Positions 1 to 12,290 of a stretch of 64,000 bases of DNA are shown piece after piece; position 1 is the first letter of the stretch, and each line of letters opens with the position of its first letter. Below the pieces are notes generated by a model. That model had not been told where the DNA came from. It saw nothing but the letters and a program-made list of their open reading frames with translations, and did not search any database. The DNA comes from Hyaloraphidium curvatum SAG 235-1 (Eukaryota > Fungi > Monoblepharomycota): positions 248,001-312,000 of the forward strand of contig JAIVFI010000010.1 of NCBI GenBank assembly GCA_025558095.1. Reading direction: 5' to 3'. The translations under genes were made by a program, and so were the position numbers.

Positions 1-170
1 TCGTCGGATTCGACGACGCTGCAGTCAACAACGTTCAACCCTACGCTTGGCACCAGCACATCGCACCGCTAGACGACGAGAACGTTGATTCTTTGCCGTC
101 GCTAGCACCTAGCCGCCCTTTTCGGCGGTGTCATTCTCTTTCGTGCCCTCTGGGGACGGTCTTCCCCGTC

Positions 171-1673
171 ATGGCGTCTCTTCTCGGACGGCTCTTCCGC
201 GTGAGTGGACACCTTTAATGCTCTCTCATGGAAGCCATCTGATGTCTTCGCGATAGAATCCTCATTTCCATGCTCCGTTTTTGAGGACTCTGGGCTATTC
301 ATCGCAGGGAGGTTCGGAGATTGGTGAAGCGTTCGTTACGGCCGAGCGCATCATCAATTCGGGGTCGGAAACGCGCCGAGCGTGGTGGGAAGCGTGGTCG
401 AGCATGGCGAGATTCGTCCAGGTTGGGGGCGAAGAGAGTCTCGCCAGGGGTCACTTCGTGAGCGGTCGAGTCCTCGCTCCGTCAAGCAAACGTTGATCTG
501 AAACTCCGCAGACCTCTGCGCGGGCCAGCTTGCTGCGTGCCACGGAGTACTATCGGGCATCGACGGCCTTCTCGGACTCGACGGACCTGAACACTCGGGC
601 GGCGTACCACAACATGCGGTCCTGCTACGAGCATGCCGCCGACATTGCCCCGTTGAGCGTTGTCAGGACTATCATTCCCGTAGCAACGAGCTCGGGGACG
701 ATCGACGTTCCGATCGTGTACCACCAATGCGCAGCTGCGCGGCGGGAACCCCGGCCGACGGTCCTCGCAGCGGCGGACGATTTTCTTGAGGAGACGGAAT
801 TCTCTGTTGCCCGGCCGATGTTAGAGCGGTCTTTCAACGTCCTGACCTTTGAGGGCCCGGGTCAAGGGAGGCTTTTGAGGGACAGCGGACTGCCCATGAG
901 AACCGATGGATGGGGCGAGATAGCCGAGGGACTCATCAAGTGGTGCGAAGCACGGGAAGATGTCGATTCTTCCAAACTGGTGGGTGATTTCGCTGGCGCA
1001 AGGGTCGCCTCCTTACGTATTGCTACAGGTCCTTTTTGGCCGGGGTTTTGGAAGTTACGCGGCTTCCAAGGCTGCCAGCCACGATTCTGTTGCTGCGAAG
1101 GTCGCAGCCCTTGTTTTGGATCCCGGAGCGACGGACCCCGAATCAATGCTGCAGGGAGCGATCGATGCGGCCGGCTCCCCGGACTTCCTGGAGCTCTACC
1201 GGAAGGCGGACCTGACCGGCATCGACCACTGGTACCGCACCCACGTCTCCACGCCGTCGGACGCGGCATTCGAAGAGGTGCCCGGCTACGATGCCTTGGA
1301 CATGCGGCGCTTCTACTTCGAGAAGCGATTCGTGGCGTTTGGATCGATCACCCTCTCGAGTTACCTGTCGTCGATCAAGGCGTTTGACGCCGCAGCATTC
1401 GCGGGTCAGATCAGGTGCCCAGTGCTGATCTGTACGAACGATTCCATCCCGGCGGTGGCGCAACGCTCGACCACTCGCCTCCTGGACTCTCTCAATGGGA
1501 CGCGAGACAAGATGATTTTGGCGTTCGATTCCCGTCGCGGAGAGTTTGGAGATTGCCAGCCGGTTGGCCACGAGGCGTTCTACCGTCAGGTGTCCTACTG
1601 GCTCAAGGATGTGCTTTTCCGCAACGGGCGCTGGGAAGGGGAACGGAAGGAGAAGGTTGCCGCGAGCGTCTGA
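171..1673 (+). CDS. Alpha/beta-hydrolase-fold protein (FrsA/dihydropseudooxynicotine-hydrolase-like), spliced; catalytic residues appear degenerate
   Basis: ATG at 171 (MASLLGRLFR), intron 201-256, then FLRTLGYSSQGGSEIGE, LRATEYYRAS, FNVLTFEGPGQG, LFGRGFGSY and GQIRCPVLI, joined across ORFs 281/530/960. Confidence 0.75.
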
Positions 1674-1770
1674 CAATGACGGTGTTCTATTCGGACGGCC
1701 CAATCTGAAAATCTTCCCACCATTTCCTGCATTGCTGTCGTCCAATGCTTGTGTGATTCAGCTCGGAACT

Positions 1771-3122
1771 CTACGTGAGAGTCGATCCCATCGGGTTCGC
1801 CCACGCCTGGAACGAAGTCACGAGCTCGTCGAGCTGGCTCGGCAACGTTCTCTGGTTGAAGCCATGGATATTTCAGAAAGCCAGAACAAAGTGCGTTCCC
1901 AATGCTCACCTGAATGAACGCGACGGCGTACTCGCTGAAGGGCACACCGATGTGGGCCGAGTCCTTTTCGAGTCCCTGCTTGATCAGCTCCGCGGTGCGC
2001 TTGGTGTTCTTGAGAGCCCAGGGAGGCAACGTGGCGGACTTGTCGGCGGCGAGCATGCTGTTCGTCATCTTGCTTTCGATGGCTCCGGGGTAGATGGTGC
2101 TGCCATCAACAATCCGGATCAGCTGTGGCAGACGCCGAGTATGAGTAGACAAAGTACCTTACGAAGATGTCGTCCTTCCGCAGCAGGAAGCGGAGGTCCT
2201 TGCCGAGAGTATCCGTCGCCGCCCTGCTGCTTGCGTAGAAGACGTCTGGATGCGTGTCAATGATAGCACGGAGAGGCGAAAAACCACCGATCTGCTTACG
2301 GGGAGGGTACGCCATGAAGGCTTCGATGGACGACATGATAGCGACTTGGCCTCCGCGGTTGCGCTGCCTGTTGCGCATGAGCTTGACGCATCCCATCGCA
2401 GCACGGATCATCCCGAGAGTGTTCGTCGCATAGATCGCCCGGTACTGGTCTTCGAAAGCCTCCTCCTTGTCGCCCTGAGTGGTCGTGACGATTCCGGCAA
2501 TGTCGATGAGCAGATCGATCGGGTGCGTGGCTTCAAACTCCTGGAGGGCGCTCTCGAGGGGCGAATCGGGCGCGGCGATGTCGATGGACCGGATCGTGGC
2601 TTCCGCGCCCAGGCGGCGGCACTCGTTCGCGGTCCGCTCCAGGCGCTCCTCGTTGCGAGCGATCAGAAGAAGATTGACGCCGGGCTTGGAGTACGTGACC
2701 GCGAGGGCTTGGCCGATGCCGCTGCTGGCGCCGATGACCACGATGCTGCGAGGCGTCCGCGGCCTATCAACGGAAACGGCGTTTCAGGGCACACGTCAGT
2801 GATGAAATCGAGCTTTGCGCACCTGCTGGTCAGCCCAAAGAGGGACAGGAAGACGTTCTTGGCGAGAAGCGCGAATGTGACCGGGATGCCGATGAAGACG
2901 TGGGCGAAGATTGTTCCGTACACGAGTCCGATGTTCTGAATCGACTCCTGTGGTAGCGGAGGATGAGCGCGTCCGATGTGGGCCCGATGCGTTGTCGCGA
3001 GGTCTCACCGTGATGTTGCCGCCACGCAGCAGGCTGCCGAAGCTCGTGCCGTACTGGCGGGGAGGCACCATAGAGCGGCCCTGGGGCGTTTCGTAGCGCT
3101 TCGACAGTTCCGGGTACGACAT
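1771..3122 (-). CDS. Short-chain dehydrogenase/reductase with N-terminal hydrophobic segment, multi-exon
   Basis: VIGASSGIG Rossmann motif, LLIDIAG, YASSR (YxxxK-like) and IYPGAIES; the last exon after the intron at about 1852-1909 ends ...GSTLT* at 1771. Confidence 0.8.
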
Positions 3123-3311
3123 GGCTGTCGATGCAGTGAGTGATGAGGCAGAGCCCGATGCGAATGGCCTTATGTACTTCGTGATGGGTGACGTGGCTCG
3201 CGTTCCTGCGGGCCGCCAGAAAATCCGGGAGTGTCTCCCCCGCCACAACAACTCCTAAATCTCTGCCGAATCCTGCGTCGTAAAGCCTTTCCTTCCTGAG
3301 AATCAGCCCGA

Positions 3312-4577
3312 ATGGCGCCCTCCGACCGAATTGCCGCCCTCACTGGCCACGTCGCTCCCGGTGGCGACGCGCCCACCGCGATTCTCGCCCACGCGCCCAC
3401 CGCGGGCTCTGGGAAGCGCCTGACGAAGCTCTCGCGCTCCATCGCGGGCAAAGTCGCCATCGTGACCGGGGCAGCAAGCGGACAGGGCCGTGCCACTGCT
3501 CATTTGTTTGCCGACGAAGGTAGGCAACGGCACATGGACGTCAGGGCGGATCCCAGCTCATGCATACGCGATAAGGCGCCAAGGTTGCCGTCGTCGACGT
3601 TGGCTCGGAGCGCGTGCAGGCCGTCGTGGATGAAATCAAGGCCTCTTACGGTCCGGACGTCGTTGAGGGATACGTCTGCGACGTCTCGGACAAGGAACGA
3701 ATCAAGTACGTCGTGGAGTCTGTTGCCAAGAGATTTGGAGGCATTGACATCCTCGTTAACAATGCCGGCGAGTACACGAGCCGGAAGAGACGTATCCTTG
3801 CTGATTCGTGTCCTGCAGGAGTTTCGTTGGGTGGAGGTGCCGACACAGACGAGGAAACGTTCGAGAAGAACTGGCAGAAGGTAACCACGAGAAGAATTCA
3901 AGGGGGCTTCAGCTAAAGATCAACTCTCTCATTGTTTTAGACTGTCGACATCAACCTCACGGCCCTGGCTCGCTTCATCAGGGCCTGCCTGCCGTACCTG
4001 CTCAAGTCTCCGACGGGTGGGCGGGTCGTCAACATCGCTTCGACCGAGGCGATCGTGACCACGGCGGGCAATGTCGCCTGTGAGTCGCGGCGTGAATGCG
4101 TGCCGCTTGATTGCTGACGTTCTGGGGCCACAGACACCGCGACCAAGGCCGGCGTTGTCGGGATCTCTCGTGCTTTTGCTGTGGAATTGGGGCGCAAGGG
4201 AGTGACGTTCAACACGTGGGCCGGCAAAGCAATCGCGCGAACATTGTCTGACCTTCCTCAACAAGGATTCTGCCGGGGCCGATCCGGACCGGAATGACGT
4301 CGAACATTACTGAGGACAACAAGAGCACCTATGCCAGGAGGCGTGTTCCGCTACGGTGAGTTTGGCCGAGATCGGGAACGACCGTGGCTCACGGCCCTGT
4401 ATCAAGGCGGTACGGAGAACCCGAGGAGGTGGCCCATATGACGCTCGCGTACTGCCTTCCTGCTGCGTCGTACGTGAATGGGGGCGTCCTCGCTGTGGAC
4501 GGTAAGCTTCCGATCGCAGGTCTCTCCATAGGTTCTGATCTGTGCTTGAAGGCGGCATGGTCGTTCGGCACACTTGA
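3312..4577 (+). CDS. Classical SDR (3-oxoacyl-ACP-reductase-like), multi-exon
   Basis: GKVAIVTGAASGQG, GGIDILVNNAG, GRVVNIAS, YTATK (spliced), PGPIRT, RYGEPEEVA and YVNGGVLAVDGG; divergent from the previous SDR. Confidence 0.85.
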
Positions 4578-4748
4578 ATGTCAGAAGCCTATGTGTAGTC
4601 TTTGGATGTAGTGAGGTCATTTCGCTCAGGAATGGACGCGAACTTTTGATATCTGTCAACATTCGCGGAGGGAGTGGTGGGGTCCCAGCGCGGGGTGACG
4701 GAGTCGGAGTGGACGATCTCCAACTTCCACATGTCGACATGGCAGGGA

Positions 4749-5891
4749 ATGTCGCAGGCCGCGAAGGACTCCATCGTGAGCTTACCTTGTCCAAACGACA
4801 TTTTCACTCGGTATGCTGACCACGCATGCCTGTCTCCCGGGCGCGATGCAACCCGCGGGATGCTCCCTCGCCGGCCGGAATCCACCCACATTCCTGCATC
4901 AAATCCTGAAGGTTTCCGACATCTATGAGGACATTCTGCAGGACCTGGCTATGGACCCGGTGTTCACCGTACACAGGATCCAGAAGCTAGCGAAGTCGAT
5001 ATGCCAACTCTGTGGCCAGAAGTGGGTGTGAAGGACCGCCGAAGCGGAGGACTCCTGACCCTTAGCATCGCCCCTCAATTGCTCCAAAACGTTGGTTGCA
5101 GGTGTCGACATTATGGTGAGCCGCCTTGAGGCCCTTGGGACGTGTTGAAACCGCTCACACCGGGACTCGCCATAGCACTCGGCCACGGTCGGGACATTTA
5201 CGGCAACGACGCGTCGCAGCTGGCCGGCGAAAAGTACGATTGCCCGTCTTGTCGGAGGCCATATCCGCCGGCCAAATTTGCGATGCACTTGGAGAAATGC
5301 CTCGGACTAGGCCGGACCGGGATGCGGGCGGCGGCGCGGTCTGCAAACGCTGCCATTTCCAACGACGGACGCTCGGTCTCCGAAGCGGAGACTGAATCGG
5401 ACTCTGACTCCAAGAAGAAGAAGAAGAGCGGCTCGAAGAAGAGCGGGAGCAGGCCCAGTTCCGTCCAGCCGCCAAAGAAGAACGGCAAAGCAGTTTACGG
5501 GCCTCTGGACACGTACCTCACGCCGATGCAGCCTGCTCCGCCTGCGGGAAAACCCATCATCAAGATCAAACTGTCGAATCGACCCGCCAACCCCTCGCCG
5601 CTGCAGCAGTCGTCGTCTTCGGTTCCTTCCGAAGCAATGACGCCATCGTCAAACAACGACATGAGCGAAGATTGGGACATGGGGAACGCGGAGACAGAGG
5701 AAGACGACCTCGGGGACGAGGACACGGATGATGGCTCGGCTTTTGCCTCCTTCTCGCAGCAGAACAGGCGGAACAGCTTCGCCGGCAAGACGGTGCCCGG
5801 CCAACGGCAGGATGCCGTCGACTCCTGGGTTTCGCTGGGCGATGACGACATGGAGAGCAACCAGTTCTCGTTTTTCCCGAGTGTGACGTGA
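4749..5891 (+). CDS. SGF11: SAGA deubiquitination module subunit Sgf11/ATXN7L3
   Basis: IYEDILQDL helix, DIYG, and zinc finger CPSCRRPYPPAKFAMHLEKCLGLGR followed by a low-complexity tail; the start is approximate. Confidence 0.8.
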
Positions 5892-5992
5892 TGATCTATT
5901 AGCGAAAAAAGCTGCAGTCGATTGAGGTATCATTTCCAGTTGGATGCGATCCGAAACCCAGTTCTTGCCGCGGGCCATACCGACCCGACGCT

Positions 5993-8900
5993 CTAGCCCA
6001 TCGTCTTCTGCCCGTCCCAGTCCTCGTTCTCAATCCACAAGCACCGCGACCGCAAGGCCGCAGCTCCGCCGCCGAGCAATCTGAAACCGTTCCTGCTCCC
6101 ATCCAGAGTTTCCTCGCTGGCCCCGCTGGGCTGCCGTCTCCTCTTTGCCGGCAGCTCCAGAGAACCAATGTCCAACCCTGCTTCCGCGAGTCCTCCAAAC
6201 TCGCGGGCGTTGCGCTCCCGAACCTTGCGCCACCCATGCTCAAAGCGCTCCCAACACAGGAGCATGCATCTCTCGACGTCCCTCACCCAGCGCGCCGTGT
6301 CGAAGAGAGGAATCTTGTCTCGCGTCAGAAATAGCTGCCGCCGCAGCCGAACAAGAGGTCCCGACGGCGTGTAGATGTGCGTAGGCGCCGCACGGTCCGG
6401 GAAGAAGCGATCGACACCGCCACCATCGACTTGCGGCACGGTCGGGCAGCCACGGATGTCCTTCCACCGCCACTGCACACCGGCCGCGAACCGAACCGCG
6501 CGCTCCTCGTACTCCTTGTAGCTGGTGCAAACCATCAGGTGGCCTAGCAAGTTGGGGTTCTGCAGGGTTTCCACTCTGCTGCCTTGTCCGTTGCGGAGCT
6601 CGCGAGCGGCGGGGGACCGCGTCCACCAGTCCAGATCGCCGGTCCCCGTGACCGCCTTGGCCTTGCTGCGCGCGATCTTCTGCGCCAGCTCGGCAACGTC
6701 CGACGTCGTGGCGTCCTTGTCGATGCTGCACAGTTCCGAGAGCATCACCGGGCTGTCGGCCGCGTCCCACGACCCAGTTGCGTAGGCGACGCTGGCCGCA
6801 ACCCGGCTGCACATCTTGAACTCGTACTTGGGGAAAGTCACAAGCGGCGTGCCGCTCCAGAGGATGTCGGCCGCCGTCGTGTGCGCGTTGCACTCCGGCG
6901 TGTCAAGGAAAATGTCGGCCACGCGGCCCCGTTGGATGTGCAGATGCTTCGGTGCGACGTCTGCGTTGTCGGGTATCGGAAGGTAAGAATCATGCTCCGG
7001 CAGCGCCCCGCGTTCAATGCTCACCGGTGAACAGGATCCTGTCCGCAACCGCCTCTCCGGCCCGTCCGACGGCCCAGCGCTTCAGGTGCTTCTCCGCGGC
7101 CGGCGGGAACCGCAGCAGCCACAAGACAGAGTTCGGCACGCGGCGCAGGATGTTGAGCCACGTCTCGAAGATGTGCGGGTCCACCTTGTACGACTGGTTC
7201 ATGTTGGCAAAGATGACCGTGTCCTCCCTGATGCCTGGGAACAGCTCCTGCCGCATCTTGAGCCGCAGGAACTGTTCCTTGGTCCACTGAACCCAGTCTC
7301 CGGGCGAGAGGTGGTCTTCCCCGTCGGCAAAATCGGACGCAGGCGGCCGCGCGGTCCCGGCGAGGCGGACCAGGTCGGGAACCAGCTTCTCGACCTCGTC
7401 GTCCTGCAGGTCCCGGAAACCCTGCCTGTGGTCGTTGACGAAGTAGCTGTGCGGGAGGTAGACCACGTTCTCCGTGTAGACGCGGTTCGTGTCCGTCGCG
7501 TTGCGCCTCTTGTGCGTCGGCGGCGGAGGCAGGAAGCCGCCCTGGAGCACCTGCTCGACCTCGATGTCCCTCGGCTCGCCCACGACCGTCCTGCGCGGCA
7601 GCGCGATCTCATCCGCGACGAAGTAGTCGATCCAGCGCTCGCGCATGGTGTCGAAGAAAGCCAGGTCCGGGTCCGGATCGACCGCCGCCGCGTCGCCCGG
7701 GCTGGGCTGGACCCCCGCCGGGGCCACCTCGTCGAGCACCGGCCCCGCGCCCATCGTCCCGGCGAACCCCATGAACTGCATCGACAGCGGCGCCGGCCTG
7801 GCCGCGAAGATCTCGTTGCGCCCGCCCTTGGTGTACCCGTTGAGGTTGACCAGGATGTGGATCCCGTCGCGGGCGATCTCGGCGACGATGTCCTGCACCG
7901 ACATGCTGCTGGCGTCCACGAAGCGCTCGCACTCCCCGGCCACCTTGCGGCTGTAGGTCGAGTCGTCCGGCTTGGACAGGGCGTAGCAGACCACCATGAA
8001 GCGGCTCCGGTCGTGCATGCCAAAGACCGACTGCATCAGGTGGGACAGCGGGTGGTCCTTGATGTCGGACGAGACGTAGCCGATCCGGAGCCGCGGGTCG
8101 GGCATCGGGGGCGGCGGGCGCGGGAACGGGAAGTGCACGGCCGTCGACGCAAGCCGCCGCAGCGCCTCCGTGAAGCTGTTCCACGACTCGGAGCCCCGCG
8201 AAACCGACGGCAACGCCGCCAGGGCGGACGAGGCGACGTCCGCGGGCCGCTGCGGGAACCCGGGGAACCACGCCGACGAGGTCACGTTCCAGAGGATCCT
8301 CTCGGCATTGCACCGGCTGATCTCGCGGACCTGGTACGCCGTGAGCGACGCGTACGTGAAGGTGTGGAAGGGCAGCACGGTCGGGATGCTGACAGGGTTC
8401 TGGCGACGCGCGGCACGGAGCTGCTCGTTGACCACGTGCGAGATGCGCACCAGGTTCTCGTCCCGGTCCGTCCAGTCGCACACGAAGAGGAGCGAGTTGA
8501 CGTAGTTGCAGAAGGCCTCGACAAAGTCGGGCTTGCAGGCCAGCGCGCGCCGGTACAGTCCGATGGCGTCGTCGACCCTGCCCTGGTCCTTGTACACGTT
8601 GGCCAGGTTGGCGAGGGCGATGTAGAAGTCGGGCTGGATGGCGATCGCGCGGCGGTAGCACGCGATGCCCTCCTGCACCATGCCGCGGTCCTTGAGCGCC
8701 GATCCCAGGTTGGTGAGCACGTGCGGGTGGTTGGGGTCGAGCCGAAGGCCGACTTCGTACCACGCGATGGCCTCGTCCAGCCGCTGCGACGACAGGATGA
8801 TACCGAGGTTGTTGCACGAGTTGGCAACCGCTGGAAGGAACGGCGTGAGCCGACGCCAAAAGAGCGCCAAACAACGAGCCACCCACGGTGGAGTGAGAGG

Positions 8901-11001
8901 GAAAGGTAGTAGAACGCCACGGCAAAATGCAGCATCCCCGCATCCTGGTATATCTTGGCGAGCGTCTGCATCATGAGCGAGGTGGCCGCGGCCTGCTGCG
9001 CCGCCGCGCCGCGCTTGGACGGCGACCCCTCCTTGCGTGCGAGCACCTGCGCCGGCGACACGGGCGGCGCGGGAAGGATCCCCGGGTGGCACGAGTTCAT
9101 GACCCGCACGACGTCGATCCCCGACACCACGAGCGCCTTGAGGTACTCCTTCTTGGCCTCGGCCGCGCTGCCGACCACGTAGAGCAGGTTGCCCTTGGCG
9201 TAGTAGAGGTCCCTGCGGGTCTCGAGGTTGTCCCAGCTGCTCCTGTGCGTGCCGGGCGGTTTGCCCGACGCGCGCTCGCGCTCCGCCCTGCGCCGCTCCG
9301 CGTCCTGCACCGCGAGCACGTACGCCCTGTCCGCCAGGTCGCCGCTGCCCACAACCTCCAGACCCGCCAGCCTGTCCGCGGGTTCGACCGTCTTCTCCAT
9401 CGCCGCCTCCAGGTCCGCGTACACCTCGACGGCCTCGGCGAACCTCCCCTGCGAGCTCAGCAGCCCCGCGAGGTTGACCGCGGCGTCCCAATACCGCGGG
9501 CGTATGGCAACCGCGCGGCGGTAGAACCTTTCGGAGGCCGCGACCAGCTCCGCCTGCGAGACGGGCATGCCCGCCGGGAACGCGGTCCCGCGGGACGCGG
9601 CCGAGAGCAGCTGCGCCCAGTTTGCGAGCGCCGCGGGGCCGGCCTGCGCCATGGCGCGGAAGGTGGTCCCGAGGTTGGAGTAGGCCTCGGCGAAGGAGGG
9701 GTCCAGGGCGAGGATCTCCTCGTTGTAGCGGACCGAGAGGTGGTGCATGCCCATGCTGTAGCAGGTGCATCCGAGGAGGAGCAGTACGGGGAGCTTGCGC
9801 GGGGCGACGGCGTAGAGCTCCTGGAGGATGACGAGGGCGCCAGGGTAGTCTCCGGCGTTGTACTTGGCGTGCGCGTTCTGGAGAGCGTTGTCTGTGGATG
9901 ATCGTTCACAGATCAGCTATGGCGGCCGAACGAAGCCCTCGACAACCCACCGATGAACTGCTGCGACGGCTCCGGCAGCCCGTGGAAGAAAAACTGCGAC
10001 GCCGCCGGGTCATGCGGCACGATGAGCCCCGCGGTCGACGCCGGCACGGCCGACTGGTACCCCTGCTGCACCTGCGCCCCCCCCTGGGCCAAAAAGTGCT
10101 GCAGCAGCGCCAGGTCCTGGTGCGACAGGTTCTGCGCGTGCGGCGGGACCACGATCGGCAGCACGGCCGGCATGTGGCCCAGCGACGGCTGGTGCGCGTA
10201 ATGCAGCTGCAAGTACGGGTTGGCGGCGAGCACCGTGGCGGGGTAGATGCCCTGCGCAGAGGAGCCGGCCGCAGCGAGCTGCTGCATGAGCTGTTGGTGG
10301 TGTAGAGAGGCGAGGAGCTGCGACGCCGCCGCGGGTTGGTAAACCTGGTTCGCGTGCATGGTCGGCATTGGGCTGCCCTGCGGCGTCGGCAGGTAGAAAG
10401 AGGCCTGCGGTGCGCGCACGGGGGAGGCCGAGGGCGGGTATCTGGCGTAGAAGGTGGCGGGGGAGCCGCTCGGAGCGACGGTAAAGGCGACCAGAGGGCT
10501 GCCGCCCGGCAGGTTGGTGGCCGCCTCCCAGTCGATCGACATGGAGCTCCTCCGGGACTCGGCCGCCGACGCGACGTTGTCCTCTGGGTCGCTCGCGAGC
10601 TCGGCCTGGTGGCCGGGCTCCGAGACCTGGGGCACCACAATGGTCGGGCGGGCCGGCGCCTCGTGCGGCATGCGGTCCTGCGAGTGTGCCAGGCGCCCCA
10701 CGCCCGACGGCACGCCGAACGACACGGTCCTCGACGGTGCGATGCCGGGAGGCGCGGGTCCGGGCGGCCCCTGGAGCTGCACGCCCTGCCCGGCCGCCCA
10801 TGAGGCCGCCTTTGCCGGGTGCCCGTGAGCCGCCGGCCCTTGGTCCGCCTTCTTCGCGCCCAGCGGCGCCAGCGGCGCCACGATGTTCGAGCCCATGCCG
10901 AGGCCGCCGAGGCCGCCGAGGCCCTGCCGCAGCGAGTCCCACAGCAGCTGCCCGGCGGGCTGCCGCGGCCCGCCCCCGGGATGCGTCGGGCTGCCCGCCA
11001 T
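5993..11001 (-). CDS. OGT: O-GlcNAc transferase (GT41) with TPR repeats and a long Q/P-rich N-terminus
   Basis: TPRs (AEAYSNLG, LTNLGSALKDRG, LANLANVYKDQG), RLRIGYVSSDIKDHPLSHLM, HILVNLNGYTKG, FMGFAGTMG, NQSYKVDP, VLWLLRFP, ADIFLDTPECNAHTTAADILWSGTP and SRVAAS. Confidence 0.92.
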
Positions 11002-11505
11002 GTCACCTCCGGCGCGTCCGTCCGCCCGCGCGCTCCGACCCGCGGAGGTTCGGATGACGTGGACTCGCGACTCACGCGCGCAGGGCCCCGAGCACGGCCG
11101 CCGGGGCCGCAACGCGCATGCCTCGCATATGCCGCGGCTGCCGGGGCACCGCGGGTTGCGGCGGCCTGCCGGCGTTGCGTCGGGATCGGCAGGTGAACCC
11201 TGTCGGGGGTGGGCGTCCAATCGGAACAACCCGCTTCATTTTGCCTTTTCCGCTGATGGCTCTGCGCGGGACGCGGATTGTCCGTTCGCTCCCAAACTCC
11301 GAGACAGATGCAATCATGTATTCTTCCGGCATCGCGTCCCGGGGTAGCGCACCCCAGATTCGCGGCCCCCGAGCAGGAATCTGCCTTCCGGCCGGGCACC
11401 TCGGGTAACACCCGACAGGCAAGCAACCAGCGGATCTGCTCCGGAACGCCCCATGCCGGCAGCTCCCAATATCCCCCTTCTCGATCGGCACGTTCCGGCG
11501 CCCGC

Positions 11506-12102
11506 CTACTTGATCGGCACGTTCCGACGCCAAAACTCGACCGCCTCCATGTACTTCTCCCTGTCCAGGGGCACCCCGCTCCCGCCCTCGGCCTTCCCCA
11601 GCGCATTCCGCATCATCGTGATCGGCGTCATGCTCAATTCTTTGTCCTCGAGCTGGCCTTTCACGGAAATGATGCCCCAGGGACGGTCGCTCGACGGCGG
11701 ATCCATGCCCATGGCCTCGCACTCCTCCACGATCTGCTCCCGCGAGTAGAGGATGACGTCCAGCCACGTCGCCTCGGGCGGCTCGAACCGCGTCCGGTCG
11801 ATGTACTGCACCAGCACGGGGAGCTCCTTCGGCGTCCGCGCCTCGTACCCGCTCTCCACCAGACCGCGGTTCTCCTCCGTCAGCGGCGCGTACCCGCACC
11901 GCAGCCCGGGCACGAAGTTCCGCACGAAAATGTGCTTGCAGAAGGGCGCGTAGCCGTCTACCAGCGGCGCCCCCGCGGCGTGGAGCTCGTTCACTTTGGC
12001 CTCGAACGCGGCGGGGTCGTAGGGGATTCGCGTGCCCGTATAGGTCGGATCGTTGAATTGGCGGAGGCAGAACGCGTCCAGGAAGAGCTGGGGGGCGGAC
12101 AT
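11506..12102 (-). CDS. DUF3228-family protein, intronless
   Basis: LVDGYAPFCKHIFVRNF, SGYEARTPKELPVL, LDVILYSREQI, WGIISVK and PITMMRNALG..GGSGVPLDREKY match my recollection of DUF3228. Confidence 0.8.
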   Translation of the reverse strand: MSAPQLFLDAFCLRQFNDPTYTGTRIPYDPAAFEAKVNELHAAGAPLVDGYAPFCKHIFVRNFVPGLRCGYAPLTEENRGLVESGYEARTPKELPVLVQYIDRTRFEPPEATWLDVILYSREQIVEECEAMGMDPPSSDRPWGIISVKGQLEDKELSMTPITMMRNALGKAEGGSGVPLDREKYMEAVEFWRRNVPIK

Positions 12103-12290
12103 GGTCCTCTTGATCGCTCTGGACGCGTGGCGGGCTGCGAGCATGTCGCGCCGTAAACAGCGTGACGCACGATCGGAGGCGGTATCGCAGATAATCGAGT
12201 GACTGCCATCACCATCAGCCGCTTGAATACTCTGCTAGAAGGTGGGCATGCAGCCGTGCCCCTAGCTTGCGATCGCCTGAGCCCTGAACG

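Noticed and set aside
7017-8909. Long plus-strand ORF (630 aa), and similar long antisense or off-frame ORFs such as 45123-46292 and 61456-62619
   Set aside because: These are shadows of real genes in very GC-rich, codon-biased DNA; the translations are R/G/P/V-rich with no motifs.
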